From: Candidatus Bathyarchaeota archaeon
GTDB lineage: Archaea; Thermoproteota; Bathyarchaeia; Bathyarchaeales; Bathycorpusculaceae
Length of the DNA stretch: 64,000 nt
Assembly: GCA_963733095.1 (NCBI GenBank)
Contig: CAVTBV010000013.1
Location: forward strand, 352,001 to 416,000
Reading direction: 5' to 3'
In this document: positions 32,546 to 43,647 of the stretch, piece after piece
Position numbering within the stretch: the stretch's first letter is position 1
How the letters are laid out: each line of letters starts with the position of its first letter
Program-made: the position numbers and the translations under genes
Notes under the pieces: model-generated
Database searches by the model: none
Told to the model about the DNA's origin: nothing
What the model saw: the letters and a program-made list of their open reading frames with translations, nothing else

Positions 32546-32830
32546 CTATTGGATTAGTGGGCTTTCAAAAAGTGCTCGCTCTTGCAGCGCATTTTGGGGT
32601 TTATCCGTGATTATCATGGTTAATTTTGAGTTTATTTGGCCGATTTTCTCGATGTGATGAGTAATTATGTTCTTGAGTTCTTCCATGCTTTCGGATTTAA
32701 CATTAGCAATTATGTCGTAGACGCCCCAGAGAGTATTCACTTCTTCAACGCCTTCAACTCGCTTTAGGGCTCTGATAACTTGTTTTTCTGCTCCAATTTC
32801 CGTGTTTATAAGAATATATGCTATGGGCAA
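32546..32830 (-). CDS. Stand-alone Lrp/AsnC ligand-binding (RAM) domain protein
   Basis: PIAYILINTEIG...WGVYDIIA; likely TTG start at 32830. Confidence 0.8.
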   Translation of the reverse strand: MPIAYILINTEIGAEKQVIRALKRVEGVEEVNTLWGVYDIIANVKSESMEELKNIITHHIEKIGQINSKLTMIITDKPQNALQERALFESPLIQ

Positions 32831-33165
32831 TTCTTTCTCCTCTTCGGGGTGGTGGTTGGTTTCAGAGGTTCGGGTGCTCTTTATCGTTCGAGGGGAACAC
32901 AAAAAGTTTCATTGATATCCGAACCCCTTTATCCAACCGATTAAAAATTTTGTGCATCTGCTGGTAGCTAGAGCTTCGATTTCAGATGGGCTCTTTTTGG
33001 GCATTCCGTTTATTTGCAGGTTTGTTTTCATTTTGTCACTACCTGACGCACAGGAGTGATACATTGGTTAAAAATAATTTAAAATTATGTGACTGTATTG
33101 TGCTAGTCACAAATGTAACAACAAAGTTGGAATAATCCTTGTGTTTTAAAGAAAAGAAATGGTGT

Positions 33166-33402
33166 TTACTTGTCTTCGACGATAATCATCGTTAGTGTTG
33201 AACGTACTTTGTCCAGTCGCCTAATTCGCCAAGTAACAATTTCTTTCAGTTTGTCCATGGTGTCTGCTTTGACTCTTGCTACTATGTCGTAGACTCCGTA
33301 AACCGCTGAGGCTTCCTCTACACCCTCAACTTTTTTTAGCTCCTTTAAAACATCCGATTCAGAGCCTATCTCAGTATTTATTAACACAAACGCTGTAGGC
33401 AT
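33166..33402 (-). CDS. Stand-alone Lrp/AsnC ligand-binding domain protein
   Basis: AFVLINTEIG, YGVYDIVARV, VRSTLTMI. Confidence 0.88.
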   Translation of the reverse strand: MPTAFVLINTEIGSESDVLKELKKVEGVEEASAVYGVYDIVARVKADTMDKLKEIVTWRIRRLDKVRSTLTMIIVEDK

Positions 33403-33418
33403 AACAATCCTCTAACAA

Positions 33419-34525
33419 TTACTTAGGATTAGTTTGCATTAAAATGTTTCCTTGCTGAACTTGTCCGGTTTGTCTGATAATTTTTATTCCAGCCCATTGC
33501 AGGGCAGAATAAGATATAATGAGTCGGAACCAAAGGTTCACCACCCTTGTCAGCAAGGTAACTGAGAAACTCAGATCAACCGGTATGCCTAAGAAAGTAA
33601 AGGTAGAAGTCATAACTATCTCGGTGAAACCAAAAATTGTTACCCCAACAGTCTGTAATGCTCCTGTCAAGGTAAAGACGATGAGTACTTTATCCACGGG
33701 TACAGGGTAGCCTAAAGCGATGAAAGTAAAAAAAACAACAGAGATTTCAAAGACAAAGCTAATAACTGCAAAGATTATTGGCCCAATTAACGCTTTAGGA
33801 TTTGCCTTTAATTGACCAAAGCCGACGTGAAAGTTGCCAAGTATTTCTTCGGTCTTATCCTTAAAATTTCGAGGGTTCCAACGTTTTCGGAAAAATAAAG
33901 CTATTTTTATTGACAAGTTCAGCAAGGTTTTGGTCGCTGTAGGCTTAATGCTAACATAATAGACGATGGATACACCCAGAATTGATAAACTCAAAATTGC
34001 GGTGATTAACAAAGCTGTTGCAAGCGACAAGGAATAATTAACAAGCACCAAACCCAAACCCGTCGTCAACGCAACGACACTAATAGTCATCGTGAAGATT
34101 TTTTGTCCAACCACTGACGCAACAATCTTTCCGGCATCAACCCTCGCGTCTTTAGTTAACATATAGGTCTTTGATACCTCCCCTGACCAGCCAAACTGCG
34201 GAACTGTTGCTTCAAAAAACAACCCGACCCACGTGAACAGAAAAGTTGTGCGTCTGCTAATTCTTACCGATAAACAGTTGAGTAATCCTTGCCAGACTAA
34301 CGACGAGAACAATGCAAACAGTGCATAAGCCACAAACGCAGCTGCGTAGATGCTAAGGTTGGTTTCCGAGAGAATGTCTATGACTTGTGTAGGATTAATG
34401 AAGAAGCAAACATAGAAGATGAAGGCGACTAAACCCAAAATCAAAACTATAGCAATGGGGTTTATGCGAAGGGGTTTTTTTGCTTGGGTCAATTTGGGTT
34501 TCAAGTCTTCTATAGACTTCGGCAA
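33419..34525 (-). CDS. Lysylphosphatidylglycerol-synthase-TM (UPF0104) flippase-like membrane protein
   Basis: Multi-TM; P..G.SGE.SK and G.TE...T...LLTR motifs. Confidence 0.75.
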   Translation of the reverse strand: MPKSIEDLKPKLTQAKKPLRINPIAIVLILGLVAFIFYVCFFINPTQVIDILSETNLSIYAAAFVAYALFALFSSLVWQGLLNCLSVRISRRTTFLFTWVGLFFEATVPQFGWSGEVSKTYMLTKDARVDAGKIVASVVGQKIFTMTISVVALTTGLGLVLVNYSLSLATALLITAILSLSILGVSIVYYVSIKPTATKTLLNLSIKIALFFRKRWNPRNFKDKTEEILGNFHVGFGQLKANPKALIGPIIFAVISFVFEISVVFFTFIALGYPVPVDKVLIVFTLTGALQTVGVTIFGFTEIVMTSTFTFLGIPVDLSFSVTLLTRVVNLWFRLIISYSALQWAGIKIIRQTGQVQQGNILMQTNPK

Positions 34526-34660
34526 ATTGACTTTTAAGGATTATACAAAACGAAGTTATGTAGCCCAAAGTTGCTAATGGGCTTAATGCTTTATTATGTT
34601 AAGCTGAAGCTTGATTCAAACAAAAGAAGAAAAATAAGCTAAAAATTTTGGCGGAAGCGT

Positions 34661-34894
34661 TTACTCTTCCATCATAATCAACGTTAGAGTTGAGCGGACC
34701 CTATTGAGTGTTCTTACTCTACGAGTTACCATGTCCTTGAGTTTCTCCATCGAGTCAGCTTTGACCTTAGCAATAATGTCGTAGACGCCATAAGAAAAGT
34801 AGGCTTCCTCTACACCCTCAATTGTTTTCAATTCTTTAACTATGTCTTCTTCTGCTCCTGATTCAACATTTATCAATACAAAGGCTTGTGGCAT
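34661..34894 (-). CDS. Stand-alone Lrp/AsnC ligand-binding domain protein
   Basis: AFVLINVESG, YGVYDIIAKV, VRSTLTLI. Confidence 0.88.
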   Translation of the reverse strand: MPQAFVLINVESGAEEDIVKELKTIEGVEEAYFSYGVYDIIAKVKADSMEKLKDMVTRRVRTLNRVRSTLTLIMMEE

Positions 34895-35024
34895 TATGAG
34901 TCTCCAAGTAATAATAAGAACCCCTTAGTAATTAATATTTTATGCAGTAAACGGATATTTATAGAAAGAGACCACAAATTTTATGAGCTTAAGCCTTCTA
35001 TGAGCATGATTTGAGGCGTAACAA

Positions 35025-35359
35025 GTGGTTTATTGTTCAAAATGCGGCACCCTCAACTCTGACACTGATAATAATTGTTCAAACTGCACGCACCCCTTTC
35101 TATAACTCAAAACAGACCTTACTCAAAGTACGGAAGACGACGATATTGCCAAGAGCAACACGGATACCGTCAAAGAGGAAATGATGTCGGGCTTCTCATC
35201 GCAGGCTTATTTATCGTTCTAATCGGGTTAGCTGCCTTCTCGGGTTTTGCCGCGTTCTGGAACTATTTCTGGCCCATAGTAATTATTCTAGTCGGCGTCT
35301 GGATTCTTGTGCAGGGATTAAGACATAACCGCAAATACAAGCAAACCTCACCCTTATAG
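35025..35359 (+). pseudogene. Zinc-ribbon membrane protein with a 1-nt frameshift
   Basis: GTG 35025 gives VYCSKCG...CSNC; continuation APLSITQ...two TM helices is in another frame after ~35088. Confidence 0.6.
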
Positions 35360-35476
35360 TCTAAACCTTACACCTTTTCAGTAATGAACATGCCTGATTG
35401 CACGTTTTTACAGCTTGGCACACAAAAGAGTTATATTAATTTAGCATGAAAGGAGTAGGTTATTGCGGGGAAAAGC

Positions 35477-37105
35477 ATGGTTAAGTACATTTTCGTAACA
35501 GGCGGCGTGTTGAGTTCAGTCGGCAAAGGCATCTTAACTTCCTCCATTGGAAAAATGCTTCAAGCAAGAGGACTAAAACCAACAGTTGTTAAAATCGACC
35601 CTTACGTCAACATTGATGCGGGAACAATGAATCCGTACATGCACGGCGAAGTTTTCGTAACCGACGACGGTGGCGAAACCGACTTGGATCTCGGCTGGTA
35701 CGAACGCTTCTTGGATTTAAGCCTAAAACAAGAAAACAACTTAACCACAGGAACAATCTATCGTTCCATAATTGAAAAAGAACGCCACGGCGACTTCTTA
35801 GGACGCTGCGTCCAGATTGTTCCGCATGTAACTAACGAAATAAAAAACCGCATCAGAAACGCCGCCAAAATGGTAAACGCTGAAATCGTACTAACAGAGG
35901 TCGGCGGCACAGTTGGCGACATCGAGGGCTTACCGTTTCTTGAAGCCATACGCCAGATGCGGGTAGAAGAAGGCTACGAGAATACACTCTACGTTCACGT
36001 AGCTTTGGTTCCAGTTTTAGACGTTACGGGCGAAATGAAGACTAAACCCCTCCAGCATAGCGTAAACGAATTGCGACGCATTGGTATTCAACCCGACACG
36101 ATCGTAGCTCGAAGCCCACATATGATTGACGCTGAAGCACTCAGAAAAATCGCGTTATTCGGCACCATTCCTGAAAGCGCTGTTTTCTGCTCATACAATG
36201 CTGAAACAGTCTATCAGGTCCCGCTTATTCTTGACAAGCAGGGCATGGGCGATTTTATTTGTCAACGCTTGGGATTCAAATGTGAAGGCAAAGATTTCGG
36301 TCAATGGCAAATCTTCGTTGACGGCATGGTTAATCCTGAGCATGAGGTAAAGATTGCTTTGGTCGGAAAGTACGCCGGATTATCTGATAGTTACGTTAGC
36401 ATGACTGAAGCATTACGGCACGGTGGCGCAGCATGCAAGACCAAAGTCTGCATATCATACTTAGAAGCAGAAAAATTTGAGCGGGAACCCCAATGCCTCA
36501 AAGACCTGTCAAATTTTGATGGCGTCTTTGTTCCCTATGGGTTTGGTCCAAGAGGAACAGAAGGTAAAATCGCCGCCGCTAGGTACGCAAGAGAAAACGA
36601 CATTCCATTCTTGGGAATTTGCTATGGCTTCCAGTTAGCAGTTATTGAATTTGCTCGCAATGTCTGCGGTTTAACAGATGCCAACAGCACCGAAATAAAC
36701 CCAGACACACCCTACCCCGTCATCGACCTTATGCCTGAGCAACGCGGAATCGAAACCAAAGGAGCAACTATGCGTCTGGGCGCGCATAAAGTGGTTTTGC
36801 AGAAGGGAAGCTTAGCCTATAGCATGTTTGGGCAAGAAGATATTCATGAGCGTCATCGTCACCGTTTCGAAGTAAACCTCGACTACATCGATGCCCTCAA
36901 AAACAACGGTTTACGCTTTACAGGAAAGAGCAGCGATGGCAGAAGAATGGAAACTTTAGAGTTGCCTGATAAATACTTCTATTTTGCCAGCCAATTCCAC
37001 GGTGAATTCAGAAGTCGCCCGGGAAGACCTTCACCCGAATACCTTGGTTTCATCCAAGCCTGTGTTAACCGCAAGCTGGGTAAACCCAAAGCCCCCCTCC
37101 CATAA
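35477..37105 (+). CDS. pyrG: CTP synthase
   Basis: [49 protein letters not shown]. Confidence 0.97.
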   Translation: MVKYIFVTGGVLSSVGKGILTSSIGKMLQARGLKPTVVKIDPYVNIDAGTMNPYMHGEVFVTDDGGETDLDLGWYERFLDLSLKQENNLTTGTIYRSIIEKERHGDFLGRCVQIVPHVTNEIKNRIRNAAKMVNAEIVLTEVGGTVGDIEGLPFLEAIRQMRVEEGYENTLYVHVALVPVLDVTGEMKTKPLQHSVNELRRIGIQPDTIVARSPHMIDAEALRKIALFGTIPESAVFCSYNAETVYQVPLILDKQGMGDFICQRLGFKCEGKDFGQWQIFVDGMVNPEHEVKIALVGKYAGLSDSYVSMTEALRHGGAACKTKVCISYLEAEKFEREPQCLKDLSNFDGVFVPYGFGPRGTEGKIAAARYARENDIPFLGICYGFQLAVIEFARNVCGLTDANSTEINPDTPYPVIDLMPEQRGIETKGATMRLGAHKVVLQKGSLAYSMFGQEDIHERHRHRFEVNLDYIDALKNNGLRFTGKSSDGRRMETLELPDKYFYFASQFHGEFRSRPGRPSPEYLGFIQACVNRKLGKPKAPLP

Positions 37106-37184
37106 ACCTCTTTTTGTCTTTGAATGGCGGCGTTTACTAGAAAAGGCTATAATGCGCCGTTGACATTTCTGCCTAAAGGATCGA

Positions 37185-37481
37185 TTGAAAATGGAACCTA
37201 CTGGAAAAAGAGATTCAGATGCTTATAGCAAAAAAATGACTGAAAGCAAAGATGAACTAACCCTGTTACAAGAAGAACTCAACAATGTAATCGTAAGATT
37301 TGTATTACGTGCGTTGCGCGTGTATCAATCAACAAGACCTGAACCGTTGCGTGTCAACGAAATTGCATTGCTTGTTCGAAACGAAATCAAAAATGTTTTA
37401 ATAGATTTAAATGATCAGACAAACACCGACAACTTGGCAAAGTTAGCTAAAGAAGCCTGGGTCAAAGAAACCAAACAATAA
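37185..37481 (+). CDS. Hypothetical protein
   Basis: 98 aa helical ORF followed by a T-rich terminator. Confidence 0.6.
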   Translation: MKMEPTGKRDSDAYSKKMTESKDELTLLQEELNNVIVRFVLRALRVYQSTRPEPLRVNEIALLVRNEIKNVLIDLNDQTNTDNLAKLAKEAWVKETKQ

Positions 37482-37581
37482 TTTTTCTTATTTTTTTCTG
37501 TCTAAACCTTGGCAGAAACATATGTTTTGTTCGATTGTTTGGAAAAATGTTGGTAAATAAAAAACTAAAATTGGGAAGAAA

Positions 37582-38004
37582 TTATTTTCGGCGGCAGAAT
37601 TCTTCCATTATTGACATCAATTTTGGAACCGCGTAGACGATTGCTCTATCATCCAATAAGCCTACGAGGGCGCCTTGTTTGTCAACGACTGGTAAGTGTT
37701 TGATATTCCAGTGTTTCATAAGTTTTGCTGCTTCTTCAACAGTTGCATTTTCGTCGATAACTACAAGTGGATTTGTGTAGACCATTCTTGCGATGACTGT
37801 TTTGAGTGGAACATTAGCTTCAACTGCTCTGATCAGTACGTCTTTGACGGTGATGATTCCGGTTGGTTTTCCGCTTTGGACAACGAGGATTGCGTCTTTG
37901 TCGAATTTGTTCATTATTGCAACTACTTCTTGCATTACAGTGTTGTTGTTTACGACTTTAACGTCTTTTTGCATGATGTCTTTTACAACGACATTACTTG
38001 CCAT
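37582..38004 (-). CDS. CBS domain pair protein
   Basis: VKDIM, GIITVKD, IKHLPVVD. Confidence 0.88.
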   Translation of the reverse strand: MASNVVVKDIMQKDVKVVNNNTVMQEVVAIMNKFDKDAILVVQSGKPTGIITVKDVLIRAVEANVPLKTVIARMVYTNPLVVIDENATVEEAAKLMKHWNIKHLPVVDKQGALVGLLDDRAIVYAVPKLMSIMEEFCRRK

Positions 38005-38306
38005 TCAATTTTCACCTATAACGCTATCACAGAAGCATTTGTTGTTTATCAATTTTACGATTATTGAGGCTTATCTAATGTCTTCTTTAAGTTGGCGACT
38101 GTCTTGTTTTTTATTAGTAATTGTAATAGAACCATGTTATACCACAACTGCAACCCTCAGACGCCGTTAGGTGCTGCATTTTGTCCTCTGATTTAGCTTT
38201 TATTTGAAGACAGGCTGTGCAAGCCCCCATCTTGCTATAAAATCCAAAGTTGCATTAATGTGACGTATATAGTGTTGTGAGTTACAAAAGTAATCCATAT
38301 AGGATA

Positions 38307-38560
38307 CTAGAATTGAAGCTGTGTGATCTGAATTAGATTGCCACAGGTGTCATCCAACACTGCGATGGTCGAACCCGTACCCTTTAGCTCTTTTGGCTCG
38401 ATAGTAAACTTCAAGCCAAGCTTTTTCAATCGTTCACGCTCTTTTTGTATATCATCCACAACGAATAATGTTGCCTTAATACCCTGCTTAAAAAGAGCGT
38501 GTAAAACTTGAGAGCTTTGCTCTGATCATTAACGTACACGATAGTATACTTAATCCTTAT
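38307..38560 (-). pseudogene. VOC/glyoxalase family remnant with internal deletion
   Basis: Manual translation IRIKYTIVYVNDQSKALKFYT // ...FVVDDIQKERERLKKLG...AVLDDTCGNLIQITQ; ATA in place of start codon, middle missing. Confidence 0.7.
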
Positions 38561-38652
38561 AAAATCAGCAGTTGTAATTATCTTAAAAATAATAAGCTTG
38601 CGCCAAGAATTACATTTTAATATGATAAAAAGAAAGATTCTACTGTGATATT

Positions 38653-39084
38653 ATGACCCAGATTCAGCGAGGCGATGCAAAAAGTGGTCCCCAAAGAGTC
38701 AAATCTGCATCTCAACTGATAGACGCGAGAATCCGGGAGCTAGGCGACTGGCGCGGAGAGATGCTTTCCCGCCTCCGCACTTTAATTAAGCAAGCCGACC
38801 CCGAAGTCGTTGAGGAAGTAAAGTGGGTAAAGCCGACCAATCCGCTGGGCACCGCGGTTTGGTCTCACAACGGGTTGATCTGCACCGGCGAGACCTACAA
38901 GAATGTCGTAAAGATGACATTCCCAAAGGGCGCTTCGCTGGATGACTCATCAAGTCTCTTCAATTCTTGTCTCGAAGGTAGCGCGAGACGAGCCATCGAC
39001 TCCCACGAAGGCGACAAGGTTAACGAGGAAGCTCTGAAAACTCTTATTCGCGCCGCCGTGGCCCTGAACACGTCCTCGACATAG
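38653..39084 (+). CDS. DUF1801 (YdhG-like) protein
   Basis: LGDWRGEML, ADPEVVEEVKW, CTGETYKNVVKMTF.KGASL. Confidence 0.85.
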   Translation: MTQIQRGDAKSGPQRVKSASQLIDARIRELGDWRGEMLSRLRTLIKQADPEVVEEVKWVKPTNPLGTAVWSHNGLICTGETYKNVVKMTFPKGASLDDSSSLFNSCLEGSARRAIDSHEGDKVNEEALKTLIRAAVALNTSST

Positions 39085-39250
39085 ATGGTTGATGGGATTC
39101 TAACTCGCTACTTCACTAATTTCACCAGACAACGATCTTTCGTTGTAAAGGAAGCGGCTCTGTGGTCAAGCCATTCTTAGATAAGAGAAGCTTGAAACAA
39201 CTTTGTTAAAAAGGTGTAATCCTTAAAGGCTCGTTTCTTTTATTTTAAAT

Positions 39251-39772
39251 TTGAAGGCACCGATTTTGAATAGCAACTCCAAAGACATCGAACGGTTTGG
39301 CACATGCTTAGATAAGGCTAAAAATTACGCTGAAGTCTGGAAAATCGTGAAGGAAACCGTAGAGTTCGCGTTGGGCAAACGCAGGGATAGCATGATGCTA
39401 TTTTTGGATGATTTGCCATTGCAGCTGGGAGCATACTACCCCGTCGGAACAAACAACATCGTCTTAAACCGTGCGCTCGTTGAAATCGTCGAGTCAGCAA
39501 TGAGTGATAAACCCACAGTTAATGCATTAATCTATAACCTTTTGCTCCACGAATATCTTCATGCATTAGGTGAAATGTCTGAAACGGGAGTTAGATGCGA
39601 AGTTGTTGAGGTAGCAAAGAAAAGCTTCGGAGAAACCCACATTGCCACGGTGGTTGCGTGTAAGTCGCCTTGGGTTTTGCTTAAAGATATTCCGCTTGGA
39701 CCCTACAATGCGCCTAAGCGTGTGATGGAGATTGTTCGGGATTTCGAGAAAACAGGAAAATACATCGTTTAA
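39251..39772 (+). CDS. Hypothetical HExxH metallopeptidase-like protein
   Basis: LLLHEYLHALG motif. Confidence 0.7.
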   Translation: MKAPILNSNSKDIERFGTCLDKAKNYAEVWKIVKETVEFALGKRRDSMMLFLDDLPLQLGAYYPVGTNNIVLNRALVEIVESAMSDKPTVNALIYNLLLHEYLHALGEMSETGVRCEVVEVAKKSFGETHIATVVACKSPWVLLKDIPLGPYNAPKRVMEIVRDFEKTGKYIV

Positions 39773-39838
39773 ATTTTGAGTTGCAGTGCCCTATTGGTTG
39801 TACTAAAATTGAAATAGTTAAACGCCCCATTATTATTC

Positions 39839-40699
39839 GTGGTTTGCGTTATGTTTGAAAATATTCTTCTCCCGTTAGATGGCTCTCACTCGTGTCAGAG
39901 GGCAAGAGAACTAGCAGCCACAATCGCCAAACAATTTGGATCAAAAGTCACGGTGTTGCATGTAATTTCCTATGACTTTATGCATCCTGAATTAAAAGCC
40001 AGCTATGAGTTGCCACAGTTGGTTTTAGAAGAACTCGATAAAGCCTACCAGAAAGCAGGTGAAAAAATCATTAAGGCAGCGGAAGAATTTTTCCTTGAAG
40101 AAAACATTCCTGTAGATGCCCTTCTTGAAAAAGCCGAAGACCCCGCTGACAGAATTCTGCAGAAAGTGAAGGCACTAAACTGCGACCTTATAGTGATGGG
40201 AAATATCGCGGAAGAACATGCCCACCGTTATTCGCTTGGCAGTGTAGCGGACAAAGTTTCGTTACATGCTCCCTGTTCAGTTTTGATTGCAAAGAGAAAA
40301 ACAGGAATCGGCAAATTGCTCGTGGGGTTTGATAGCTCCGAACAAGCCATTAAAGCGCTCAAGTATTCTGTTGAATTGTGTAAGCATTTTGAACATGCTA
40401 AAATGACGATACTTAATGTTGAGAACGGTGAATTGCATAGATTAGAACCCGCTCTAACCGAAAAAGTCGGCGAAAAAATACTAAACAAAGCCTCTACCCA
40501 TGTTGATGGGGTTGTTTGCGATAGGCGTTTAGAATATGGGCAGCCTGCTGAGATGATTATGAAAATATCAAAGATTGACGATTATGACCTTATCGTGCTT
40601 GGAAGCCGAGGCTTAAGCAGCATCAGAAGATTCTTGATTGGAAGCGTAGGCACCTATGTCAGTATGAATGCTGAACGTTCAGTGTTACTTGTTCGATAG
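39839..40699 (+). CDS. Universal stress protein (tandem USP domains)
   Basis: ILLPLDGS, DLIVMG..LGSV, DLIVLGSRGLS..LIGSV. Confidence 0.9.
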   Translation: MVCVMFENILLPLDGSHSCQRARELAATIAKQFGSKVTVLHVISYDFMHPELKASYELPQLVLEELDKAYQKAGEKIIKAAEEFFLEENIPVDALLEKAEDPADRILQKVKALNCDLIVMGNIAEEHAHRYSLGSVADKVSLHAPCSVLIAKRKTGIGKLLVGFDSSEQAIKALKYSVELCKHFEHAKMTILNVENGELHRLEPALTEKVGEKILNKASTHVDGVVCDRRLEYGQPAEMIMKISKIDDYDLIVLGSRGLSSIRRFLIGSVGTYVSMNAERSVLLVR

Positions 40700-40855
40700 T
40701 CCTAAAAAATAATTCCTTAAACTCTTTTATTTTCCCACAGCGGTTTATTAGTCAAAATTTTTTGTCCTTGAGATGGTAAGGCTACATTTTTTGAATGTTG
40801 AAGTTCAAAGCTTAAATGGAACAACCACGTTTCACTTCCAAAAGAGGAAAAACAG

Positions 40856-41746
40856 GTGGCTAACCAAAGAATCCAAGACGGCGACTATGTGCTAATCTAC
40901 TTAGATGCTCGTAGAACTTACATGATAAAGATACAGGCAGGACAAACCTTCCACACTCACAAAGGCTACCTTAAACTCGACGAGCTCATCGGCAAAGAAT
41001 ACGGCGAATCCATCAAGAGCAGCCTCGGCATCTACTTCACCACCCTAAAACCTAGCTTAACGGATTACATCATGAAGTCCAGTCGCAACACACAGATTAT
41101 TTATCCCAAAGACGCCGCCTTAATCGTTATGTTCAGTGGGATTGGACCGGGAAGCCGCGTGGTTGAATCGGGCACGGGCACGGGCTCATTAACAACAGCG
41201 TTGGCACATTACGTTGGTCCAACAGGAAAAGTCTACACTTACGAGTTACGACCTGAATTCCAAAAAAACGCAGCCAAAAACCTACAGCGTTCCAACCTCA
41301 TCGACTATGTTGAAATGAAAAGTGGCGACGTCACTGCAACCGGATATGAGGAGCGTGACGTTGATGCTGTGATTTTGGACCTTGCGGTTCCATGGCTTGT
41401 GGTTCCGCACGCTTACACTGCGCTGAAACCCTCAGGGGTACTTATTTCGTTTAGCCCCACAATTGACCAAGTCGTGAAAACCACCGAAGCCCTGCGCGAA
41501 ATCGGTTTTGTCTTCATCGAAACAGTCGAGTGCTTGATGCGTACCATGCAGGTGGAACGCGGAAAAACCCGACCTAACACAATGATGACTGGACACACAG
41601 GCTACATTACGCATGCCCGAAAAATCCTGAAACCACCCGTCCAAGAAACACCGCAGGCACCGCTTCAAGAACTAACTACAATACAGGACGTATCTGCAGA
41701 CCAAGAAGAAAATTTTGAAGATGTGGCAGAAGAAGAAACTGCCTAA
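40856..41746 (+). CDS. trmI: tRNA (adenine-N1)-methyltransferase
   Basis: TQIIYPKD, VESGTGTGSLT, VILDLAVPW, FSPTIDQV, GHTGY. Confidence 0.92.
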   Translation: MANQRIQDGDYVLIYLDARRTYMIKIQAGQTFHTHKGYLKLDELIGKEYGESIKSSLGIYFTTLKPSLTDYIMKSSRNTQIIYPKDAALIVMFSGIGPGSRVVESGTGTGSLTTALAHYVGPTGKVYTYELRPEFQKNAAKNLQRSNLIDYVEMKSGDVTATGYEERDVDAVILDLAVPWLVVPHAYTALKPSGVLISFSPTIDQVVKTTEALREIGFVFIETVECLMRTMQVERGKTRPNTMMTGHTGYITHARKILKPPVQETPQAPLQELTTIQDVSADQEENFEDVAEEETA

Positions 41747-43368
41747 ACCCTATTTTTCATTTTGTGTTTTGAAGATTCAGGCATGGGCATGCTGAGTTGC
41801 CAGACTGCTTGCTTTAGTTGTTCGCTCTTTTCGCCGCGTGTTAAGCCGTAGTATGTGCCTAGGATTTTGCCGAAGTAGGGAATGATGAAGTTGTCGAAGG
41901 TTTTGTAGAGCAATGGATTGGTTATGCGGTTTTCTAGGAAGGTTGGTTTCCAGATTTTAATATTGTATTCCCAGCATTTTATGAAGAAGTCCCAGCGTGC
42001 TTTGGACAGTGAATCCATTTCTGTGCCTTTCTTGTTCATCAAAACACAGTTTTCAAGCGGCACGAAAAACAGCGGCACGTAGAATGCGTTGTAGCCTTTG
42101 AGTTTATCCATTAACTCAAGCGTCTGGAGCATGTCTTCTTCTTTTTCTTCAGGTAACCCGATGATTAAAGTTGCAAGTGGGTACCAGTCGTTATCGTTTA
42201 GGATGCCGAAAGCGTTGGTGACAACGTCTTGCCATTGTTCGGGCTTAAATGGTAACATCTTGCCTCCCATGTATTTCTTCATGAGGCGCGGGCTACCTGT
42301 TTCAACGCCTGTTTCGGCGGTGATGATTGGTTTTTTGCCGAATGAATACCAGCTTTTCTCGATGAGGATTTCCGCGAGTTGCTTAATCATTAATGGGTCG
42401 TGCCAAACAGGCGCCAATGACATGTGTGAAGCTTGGATGCTCTTTACACCAGGATGGCTTGCGACGCTTTTGACTAATTTAACGACTGCTTCGCGGTTTG
42501 GGATGAAGTTTTTGTTTGTGGCGCCATAGATGAAAAGGTCCTCCGTGATTAGGGTAACGTGGTCGCTGCCTTCAGCGGTTGTTAAGGCAACTTCCTGCAT
42601 AATTTTCTCAAGCGGTACATCAACTTTGTTTTGCATTGTTGGAGTGCAGAACTGGCAGTTTCTGCCGCATCCTTTGGAAATTTCTACTGCACCATGAATT
42701 GCTAAATGTTTGGTTAAGGGCATTTGAACATTATAGCTCCAGCTGCTCAACGATTCGTCTGCTTTTGCGATGCGGGGAATTGCTTCGCCGTTAACTGCTT
42801 TTTTGAAGATTTCAACGATTGGTTCTGGTTTTCCGCCGATGAGTACGCAGTCTATGCCGTAACTGTCCGAGACATGTTTGCGTTCAAGTTGCCATGAGCC
42901 AAAGCCACCAACGATGATTTTGGGTTTGTACTTTTTGATACTGGGATGCATGATGAGTTTCTTGAATTCAATAGCGTTCATGGGTTCTCCGCCGCCGACG
43001 ATGGAGGAGTATGTTTTGCTGACGTATCCCATGCCTGTGGGGTCCATGGAGGATATTCCTACGACCTTGGTTTCTGGACCGATGAAGTTTTGCAGGTCAT
43101 CAGGGTGAACAACTGCGATGTCCTGCTGTGAAAAACCACCCTGTAGAAGTATTGATTCAACTTTTCGCAATCCGTAAGGTGCACATTTTGCTTGCCCGTC
43201 GGGTTTGCGTCCAGTTGATGGGTAGAGTGTTTTTCGAACGTACGATAATGGAATAGGACCTTTGCCAAAGCCCCCTACGAATGCAATGAAGGGGTTATTG
43301 TAAAAATCACTCATTTCGGTGGACGATGCGGTTAGCACAATCTTTTTGCCCAATGGTGTTGTTGCCAA
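41743..43368 (-). CDS. Radical SAM protein with B12-binding-like N-terminal domain
   Basis: APYGLRK, SSMDP.G, EISKGCGRNCQFC, GVETGS. Confidence 0.85.
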   Translation of the reverse strand: MATTPLGKKIVLTASSTEMSDFYNNPFIAFVGGFGKGPIPLSYVRKTLYPSTGRKPDGQAKCAPYGLRKVESILLQGGFSQQDIAVVHPDDLQNFIGPETKVVGISSMDPTGMGYVSKTYSSIVGGGEPMNAIEFKKLIMHPSIKKYKPKIIVGGFGSWQLERKHVSDSYGIDCVLIGGKPEPIVEIFKKAVNGEAIPRIAKADESLSSWSYNVQMPLTKHLAIHGAVEISKGCGRNCQFCTPTMQNKVDVPLEKIMQEVALTTAEGSDHVTLITEDLFIYGATNKNFIPNREAVVKLVKSVASHPGVKSIQASHMSLAPVWHDPLMIKQLAEILIEKSWYSFGKKPIITAETGVETGSPRLMKKYMGGKMLPFKPEQWQDVVTNAFGILNDNDWYPLATLIIGLPEEKEEDMLQTLELMDKLKGYNAFYVPLFFVPLENCVLMNKKGTEMDSLSKARWDFFIKCWEYNIKIWKPTFLENRITNPLLYKTFDNFIIPYFGKILGTYYGLTRGEKSEQLKQAVWQLSMPMPESSKHKMKNRV

Positions 43369-43647
43369 ACCTTTTTCTTCCTCGTGAATAGTCTAAATGA
43401 TTAGTCCATACTCCTTTTAAGAATTACTATCGCTCACATGTTCTTGTTGAAGAATGATGCGAAAAACAGCCCTGAATCCTCAAAAAATTTGGCTGTTTGG
43501 GTTACCTTGGAGCCGCTTTTTAAAAAATAAAATTGAAGTTAACACATCATTTTTAACAAGCTAGCAAAAAGTTATATTTCCCTGTGACTGACTAGACTTT
43601 TGCTCAAAGAGCAGTTTTGAAAAGATAGACAAACGAGGAATACCCCC

